Shown in pieces: positions 58,776 through 64,000 of a DNA stretch of 64,000 nucleotides. A program made the translations under genes and the position numbers. Position 1 is the first letter of the stretch. Every line of letters starts with the position of its first letter. The notes beneath the pieces are model-generated. The model was not told where the DNA came from, did no database searches, and saw only the letters and a program-made list of their open reading frames with translations. The DNA is from Macrostomum hystrix (Eukaryota > Animalia > Platyhelminthes), in NCBI GenBank assembly GCA_950097015.1, contig CATNEN010000039.1:744001-808000 (forward strand), in the 5' to 3' direction.

Positions 58776-61700
58776 TCAGATGTAGTTGGACAGCCAGCGG
58801 AAGGCCTCACCGTAGCCCTGCCGCTTGAGGATGGAGCACATGAACAGCTCTAGTGGGCGCTGGGCCAGCTCGCTGCGGCTGCGGGCGTCACTTTTGCCGG
58901 TGGTGCGGCCGTGCAGACCCAAGTAATAGCGCAGCTCCTCCTCCGAGGCCGCGCCCGGCTTGTCGATCTTGTTGCCAAGCACCAGGATCGGGGCGCTGGC
59001 CACCTGCTCATCGGCTAGCAGATTGTTCAGCTCTTCGCTCGCCTCCTTTAGTCTGTTTTTTTATGGAGATTCCAGAGTAAAAAATTTAACTGGCGTTTAG
59101 ATGCCTATTTGGCCCATTTAGGCCTCTCAAAACCATTGGCAATATGTTAACATACGGAGGATCCTAGATAGACATAGGGATCTGGGAGCATTCTAGATAG
59201 AAATAGGGATCTGGGAGCATTCTAGATAGGCATAGGGATCTGGGAGCATTCTAGATAGACATAGGGATCTGGGAGCATTCTAGATAAAAATAGGGATCTG
59301 GGAGCATTCTAGATAGACCTAGGGATCTGGGAGCATTCTAGATAAAAATAGGGATCTGGGAGCATTCTAGATAGGCATAGGGATCTGGGAGCATTCTAGA
59401 TAGACATAAGGATCTGGGAGCATTCTAGATAGTCATAGGGATCTTGGAGCATTCTAGATAGACATAGGGATCTGGGAGCATTCTAGATAGACAAAGGGAT
59501 CTGGGAGCATTCTAAATAGACTTAGGGATTTGGGAACATTCCAGATAGACAAAGGGATCTGGGAGCATTCTAAATAGACTTAGGGATTTGGGAACATTCC
59601 AGATAGACAAAGGGATCTGGGAGCATTCTAAATAGACTTAGGGATTTGGGAACATTCCAGATAGACATAGGGATCTGGGAGCATTCTAGATAGACTAGGG
59701 ATCTGGGAGCATTCTAGATCAGGGGTGGGCAAACTCCGGCCCGCGGGCCAGATGCGGCCCTCGAAGCTCCCAAATCCGGCCCGTTGCCCCTTCTGACATC
59801 TACAGTGTCCTGTTTCATCTCTCTCGTGTCTAATATCTCCCGTGTCTCATCGCTCTCGTATCTAACCTCTTCCCTGTCTTATCTCTCCCGTGTCTAATCT
59901 CTCCCGTGTCTCATCGCTCTCGTATCTAATCTCTCCCGTGTCTAATTTCTCCCGTGTCTAATCTCTCCCGTGTTTAATCTCTCCCGTGTCTAATCTCTCC
60001 CATGTCTAATATCTCCCGTGTCTAATCTCTTCCCTGTCTAATCTCTCCCGTGTCTAATCTCTCCCGTGTCTAATCTCTCCCGTGTCTAATCTCTCCCGTG
60101 TCTAATCTCTCCCGTGTCTCATCTCTCTCGTGTCCCATCTTTCCTGTGTCTCATCTCTCCCGTGTCTAATCTCTCCCGTGTCTAATCTCTCCCGTGTCTA
60201 ATCTCTCCCGTGTCTCATCTCTCTCGTGTCCCATCTTTCCTGTGTCTCATCTCTCCCGTGTCTCATCTCTCCCCTATCTCATATTTATACAGTCAATGCG
60301 GCCCGCTGTCGTCTTTTAGGCTCTCTCTTTGGCCCGCCAGCAAATAAGTTTGCCCACCCCTGTTCTAGATAGACTAGGGATCTGAGAGCATTCCAAATAG
60401 ACTTAGGGATTTGGGAACATTCCAGATAGACAAAGGGATCTGGGAGCATTCTAAATAGACTTAGGGATTTGGGAACATTCTAGATTGACATAGGGACCTG
60501 AGAGCATTCTAGATAGACATAGGGATCTGGGAGCATTCTAGATATACTTAGGGATTTGGGAACATTCCAGATAGACAAAGGGATCTGGGAGCATTCTAAA
60601 AAGACTTAGGGATTTGGGAGCATTCTAGATTGACATAGGGATCTGGGAGCATTCTAAATTGACAAGTGGAGCTGGGAGGGTGATAACATTTTTATCATTT
60701 GTTTTTGTTGCTTTGATTATAAAAAGAGTTTAGTTTTTTATTTGCTGTTTTAAAAAAATAAAAAATTAATATAATTGCATGATCATGATCACACTAGTCA
60801 TTTTAGAAAACTGCACATAGATTATGCTGTATTATGCTATCAGTTATTTATTAGCCACAACCAACCAAAATTGTCTAACAAAATAGGAAAACTAGTGAGA
60901 CTAGGCCAGCAAATAGTAGAGCTCTAATTGACAAGCTCTGTGACTAGCTTGGAGTTAGATTATTGCTATAATTAGCTGAGTGCTAGGCCAGGTGTGAAAT
61001 TCACTTGATCAAACTGTAAATGTTTGAATAATAGAACCTGTAGTAGTCTGTAGGCAGGCACAAAAGTTAACTATTTTGTAAGATGAATTTGCAGTTTGAA
61101 AAAGTATTATTGAATATTGAGTATTGAAAGCAAGGAGGGGTCCATGGTTTTGAAGTGTGGTTTAGACACATTGCAGAGGAATTTTAACAGAGAGTTCTTC
61201 TTGCGCTTACTATAGTCTACAGTGTAGCAGTAACTAATTTCTATTGAATTCACTAAATACTCACAAGTCAGTTTGCTTAATTTGCTAAGGACAAGGTTTT
61301 TAGTGAATTTGTGAAATACAATATATTTTTTGTTCATAGAAGCATTCAATATTTAGTAAGGTAGTTGTTATTTGTCCGGTTAACCAGACAAATAGCCGTT
61401 TGATTATTTGTCCGGTTAACTGAGTTATAACTTATAACTAACATACATGTGCAACCTCCCAAATCTTAGCCGGCCGTGCAACTTAGTTTTTGCTCTCATT
61501 TGCGACTTAGTTCATTTTATTACTCTATTTACAACTTAGTTTGCTCTCATTTGCTCTCTTTTTCTCTCCCCTTTTTCCTTTTCTTCACGCCTTCCTTGTT
61601 TGTCCCTTGGTCCCCCCTTTGATTTTTTTGCGCTTGGTCTATTGGTTTTTGCGACTTACCTTGCTTGGCCCTTGTTTCACCTGGCCGGTTCGGCCGGGTG

Positions 61701-62970
61701 GGCCGGGTGTTGCGCATGTATGATAACTAAGTTATAAGGGGTTGTAGCGCTACCACGAGAACCTCTATCATTTGTAAGATAAAATAATTAACAAGCTGCA
61801 AAAGTACAGTCATTCAGATTTGAAGTTTGTGTCTCAAATTATTTTTGCTTATCAGCTAATTAAAAAAATTAAAACTATTTCCAGAAATTTGGTTGTTTTA
61901 GGGACTAACTTAGTTCAAGGGTATAGTTTGGTCTTTGTGAGGTCAAGACTCAAGATGGCTCTCAGCAGGGCAAGAGTGGTCTTTGGGAGGATCGTTGTTC
62001 CTGCTCGTTGAAAGGGGAGATATTAAGTCCTTGGGTGGTTAACCAGTTAACCAGACAAATAACAACTAGTTAGCATTTAGTAATAGCATTTTACTGATTC
62101 TGATTAAATCAAAATATTTAGTCAATTTAATTTGATTATTTGTCTTATTCCCAGGCCAAATGGCAGTTCAATTAATCATTATCCCACATTTTACTGGCCA
62201 GTCTTTTGAATATGCTAATAAATAAATAAAATATAATACTTCATTATGGGACTGTAGCCCTCATTGGAATATAGACTAGAGACAGAGTAATGAAAGGTGA
62301 AAATAAAATATATATTCTAGCCACTAAAACATTGTGCACTGTTCACTAACACAAGAATTTATAATTGATGATTTTTGAGGTAGGGTATTGGCTATTAAGG
62401 ATGTGAAGGACTAATATTTCACATCTATGCTTCTATAAAAAATTTAAGGCTACATTTGGAAGGGCAAAAGAAGAAAGAAGAACAAAGCAAATAAAGGTAC
62501 AAACAAAACTGGGAACTTTGCTACTGCTACACAATGCTAAAATGTCATGATTTTTTAGAAAACATATACAGTTGGAATGCATAATAATAGGCTATGCGCA
62601 ACATAAGTGCGGAACAGTATGAACAACATTTTTAACTAAAAAATGCTTACCTTTGTCGGTCCCATGCATCAACTATGAACACTATTCCATCAACAGCTGG
62701 AAAGTATGTCTTCCAGACTTTCCTTGCTTGCTCATGACCACCAAGATCAAATGTGGTAAACTTCATGCCACCAATCGATAGCTCTTCCGTGGTAGGATAG
62801 AGCGTTGGATTGTGCGTTCCCATTCGATCATCCTTAAGCATGTGAAGAAGTGTAGTCTTGCCTGCATTGTCTAGACCCAAGAAAACGAGCTTGCCGCTTT
62901 TCTTCCACAAGCCAAGGTAACCTAAAATTCCTGACACGGAGCCAGAAATCCAATCCCACCAGCCGCTCAT
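58776..62970 (-). CDS. SAR1: Small COPII GTPase SAR1; exons 62970-62651, 59052-58776 (198 aa)
   Basis: [77 protein letters not shown] phase-2 intron (AG|gtaagc...cag|A) gives 198 aa. Confidence 0.96.
59160..60660. repeat. 29-bp minisatellite ggatctgggagcattctagatagacatag, interrupted by a MITE
   Basis: Array on both sides of 59720-60362 in the SAR1 intron. Confidence 0.92.
59720..60362. mobile_element. hAT/Charlie-like MITE; perfect 16-bp TIR caggggtgggcaaact; 8-bp TSD TTCTAGAT; internal 16-bp minisatellite
   Basis: TSD 59712-59719 and 60363-60370, with the CTAG core typical of Charlie-type targets. Confidence 0.93.
61362..62068. mobile_element. Older TIR element (23-bp TIR tagttgttatttgtc.ggttaac) hosting the 281-bp MITE
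   Basis: Inverted termini with one mismatch; no clean TSD. Confidence 0.65.
61442..61722. mobile_element. 281-bp MITE, second copy; 8-bp TSD ATAACTAA
   Basis: TSD 61434-61441 and 61723-61730; same family as 42702-42982. Confidence 0.93.
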
Positions 62971-63532
62971 GATAATAAATGTGGATTTTTTGTTTTGAAC
63001 AAACAATATTTACTGTTACTTAACAGCCTACCAAAAAGTGATTTGATGACGCACGCATAAATTTCTGGAAAAACAAATCTATAACAATGTGACGACTTAT
63101 AACAAAAAAAACGACACAACTTTGCGAAGATAACGTTCTTAGAAAATTAAAAGAAGAATTCTTTAAATAACAAAAATATAAATAAATTTTCTGCATATTC
63201 TTAAAAAACTTTACCTTATTAATACGTTTCCGTGAATCTATAAATTTATAGTCTCTATCTATTTCTCATCGCGGCTTTGATGCGCTCACCACTCCGTTCA
63301 ATGATTGTACGTGTAGTAACTTATCGATCTCTATCTTGTCATTGTCAGCTATGCGCACTCAGCTGTACCCCCTCAAAACCCACCCCTCCCTTATCGGTTT
63401 ATACCCCTTTTTAGCGTAATAAATAAACTGTTCAAGGCCTAGAGCTTCTACTGGAGCTTGTTGACCGTCACCTAAACCATCGCTCTTAAGTCCAAGTTTT
63501 TCACACTCGTAATTATAATGCTCGTGACAATG

Positions 63533-63808
63533 ATCTTTTCCTATAGCAACGGCGATCGAGGTCTGGCGAAAACACGAGCTAACGTCGTTATTCACCATTC
63601 TATTGGTGCAGTTAGTTTTTCAATAAGAACGAGAACTTCTTCTGAGAAAATAGTGTGTGTAACAAACACACATCTTTTCCTATAGCAACGGCGATCGAGG
63701 TCTGGCGAAAACACGAGCTAACGTCGTTACTCACCATTCTATTGGTGCAGTTAGTTTTTCAATAAGAACGAGAACTTCTTCTGAGAAAATAGTGTGTGTA
63801 ACAAACAG
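63533..63808. repeat. 139-bp tandem duplication upstream of SAR1
   Basis: atcttttcctatagcaacggcgatcg...aacaaaca present twice with about one substitution. Confidence 0.9.
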
Positions 63809-64000
63809 CAGAGATCAGCGCAATAATACGTATGGACCACGAGTAGTAGAATTAAGCTTCATTATTAGTGGTCTTCGATCAATGTATTTGTTCTCGCTCC
63901 GCCCTTCTAATGCCCCAATTCATTCGTGAGTATATATTGCTATGGAATAACAGTGCCAATGCATTACATATAACCCAGGGATAAATCGTTTTTATTTGCA

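Overview
Eukaryotic, intron-containing animal DNA. GC-rich exons, short canonical GT-AG introns and a different minisatellite in almost every longer intron resemble the flatworm Macrostomum; this is an inference, not proven. Phase-consistent gene models built by hand: a DENND2/ST5-like Rab GEF (+); a valyl-tRNA synthetase, probably mitochondrial VARS2 (+, 10 exons), with an antisense atypical LIM-domain gene nested in one intron; a poly-Q orphan gene (-); a second tentative orphan gene (-); NDUFA12 (+); a PRC1/MAP65-Ase1 gene (+), whose first coding intron holds a full-length decayed Gypsy (Mag-like) LTR retrotransposon; and SAR1 (-). There are four families of short non-autonomous DNA transposons (several with 8-bp TSDs), an 8.4-kb 20-bp satellite with higher-order structure, a perfect 10x80-bp array and about 25 other minisatellites. 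Most long ORFs in the track are repeat artefacts. The most interesting signals are: (1) a promoter-proximal CpG/GC-depleted zone in housekeeping genes, recorded directly by one-sided CpG decay between the twin LTRs; (2) an unresolved ValRS 5' end, consistent with an operon using a spliced-leader AUG or with a frame-preserving ladder of repeat-borne splice donors; (3) a ValRS lacking the usual post-KMSKS insert; (4) a GGGATC motif shared by unrelated minisatellites.
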